Positions 62,213 to 64,000 of a DNA stretch of 64,000 nt are shown piece after piece. Numbering within the stretch: the first letter of the stretch is position 1; every line of letters begins with the position of its first letter. Location of the stretch: contig NMRA01000621.1 of NCBI GenBank assembly GCA_002633005.1, positions 58,168-122,167 of the forward strand. The letters run 5' to 3'. Under the pieces are notes generated by a model, which saw only the letters and a list, made by a program, of their open reading frames with translations, was not told the origin of the DNA and did no database searches. The position numbers and the translations under genes are program-made. This DNA comes from Phoronis australis. Lineage: Eukaryota; Animalia; Phoronida.

Positions 62213-63365
62213 CTGAAGAAAAACATGGCAAGATGTATTTAGCAGTGTGCATGAAAACACAAGAGACACAATTCTTTATTCAAACAATGTGTATGCTTTT
62301 TGATTAGTATTTAGATTGGTGTCATGAATTCAAAATCACTCCCAATGTGGGTTCAAACCCTTTAAACTGTTGTCCAATGCTTCTGAGGTAGTCAAGCTGA
62401 AAGCCGTTATAGCAAGTAGATGGATATGAAGTCTTATCCCCTGGCGTAAGCAATATAAAATGGCCAAATGCCAATGTGGGTACGCATACTTTTAATTAGT
62501 ATTCTAGAAATGATCAAAGTCCTGTTGTTATTCTTATTTTCATACGTATGTATTTATATCATAACACATAATTTCATCAGACATCATATTAGCACGGCAT
62601 GGGTGTGTGTATGAATGGCGCGTGAAAGTCCTTCCCCCGGTCCCCATTCCTCATTTCAGTTACATTTTATTGCCGTATATACTTATTGGTTAATATTAGG
62701 CCCTATATACTATTGCCAGATCTGAGGCAACCAACCTCAGACTGGCTTTGTATTATTGTCTGGACAATGAATATATGTATATACAAAAAAGATTTGGGCA
62801 ACTGAACAAAGACATCAACATACTCACAACAGCCTCCTAAGATTTACTCAGTGTGAGGCATAATTCATTGAGAAGCTTTCGGCCTATGGGATGGCCACCG
62901 TCTCTACTGGAGCTTGATAACGTCAAGTGGCTGAGTGGCTGTGACTGTGGTGTGGTCTGAGACAGAGATAGACAGTGACCACAGTCTCTAGCTGGCTCCG
63001 TAGAGAAAGTGAAGTTACTATCAGAGCTCCATACATCAAAAGGTTTTGGGCGAATCATGCCACACACTGATTAAAACATCAAAGTCATGTTGTTATAAGT
63101 ACCTTGCACATAAATGGTCACTTTAGGAGGCCGTTGATGTCTTTAATTCCTTCTAATTTGAACAAATACTCCTGTCATCAAACTTTTTCTTCGCACAGTC
63201 CTTCGTTTAGTTGCCCAAAACAGCAACTACTAGTAGCCATTTTCACACTGAGTCTGAGCGCGCTCTTATTTAAAAATGGCCAGATGCCGATTTGGGCGAC
63301 TGAACAAAGGATTGCTGAAAAAAAGTGTGATTACGGGAGCATTTGCTCGAGTTGGAACGAATTAG

Positions 63366-63505
63366 ACATCAATGGCATCCTTGGTCCTAGCTAAGGTGGC
63401 CCCATAATCTCTATACATCAATGGCATCCTTGGTTCTAGCTAAGGTGGCCCCATAATCCCTATACATCAATGGCATCCTTGGTCCTAGCTAAGGTGGCCC
63501 TATAA
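63366..63505. repeat. About 49-bp tandem repeat x3
   Basis: ACATCAATGGCATCCTTGGTCCTAGCTAAGGTGGCCCCATAAT. Confidence 0.9.
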
Positions 63506-64000
63506 ATAGTATAATCCCTATAATAAGTGCAAAAGTAGAAGTAAGTAATAATCTTTATTTAAAAGTTGGTGAGATTTAACAATGAAACGTTAGCACAAGT
63601 GCTATTATCCGACAAATTTAAAATCTACAAAATGAAGATACAGAACTAAAATACTAGCTAATTCTACAGTACAGTACAGAGAATATACAGAACTTAAACA
63701 TACATATATAAATACAAATACAAATACACTCCGAAACCCTATAGTCGTCCGCCTAAGCATAAAACCGGCTTGTTGTCTTACTCACCCAATTATTCCACTT
63801 CAAAGTTATGATCTGAATAGGACTTGATTTAACTCTCACAAACATATAGTATTCGTTGATTCAAACGTTTTCTTTTACTTAAGCCGAGTTGTTCAACTGT
63901 GCATTGCTTTTCGGCAGCCATTTTATAATGACACCTATGGTCGTCATGTGCTGCCGCCTTTTGAAAGGACAGAAAACCACACAGAAAAAGGCCAAGAAAA

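Overview
Eukaryotic (animal, probably invertebrate) draft-assembly DNA with N gaps, not a prokaryotic locus. It holds two convergent spliced genes. On the + strand is a 6-coding-exon SLC16/MCT-family transporter (15289-21939, about 689 aa, all introns GT-AG and phase 1). On the - strand is a PROSER3 (C19orf55)-like gene with 12 phase-consistent coding exons (62212 to 30365, about 749 aa, first exon unresolved). Between them lie an intact tRNA-Ser(GCT), a microhomology-bounded partial copy of it, and a candidate small secreted-peptide gene. The introns carry a Kolobok-like DNA transposon with a decayed THAP frame, several MITE families, tRNA-derived SINE-like repeats, LINE 3' remnants and many minisatellites. 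The long ORFs in the supplied track at 39.9-40.5, 49-50.6 and 55.6-56.4 kb are tandem-repeat artefacts. I found no convincing novel multi-gene system. All calls were made by eye, without database searches.
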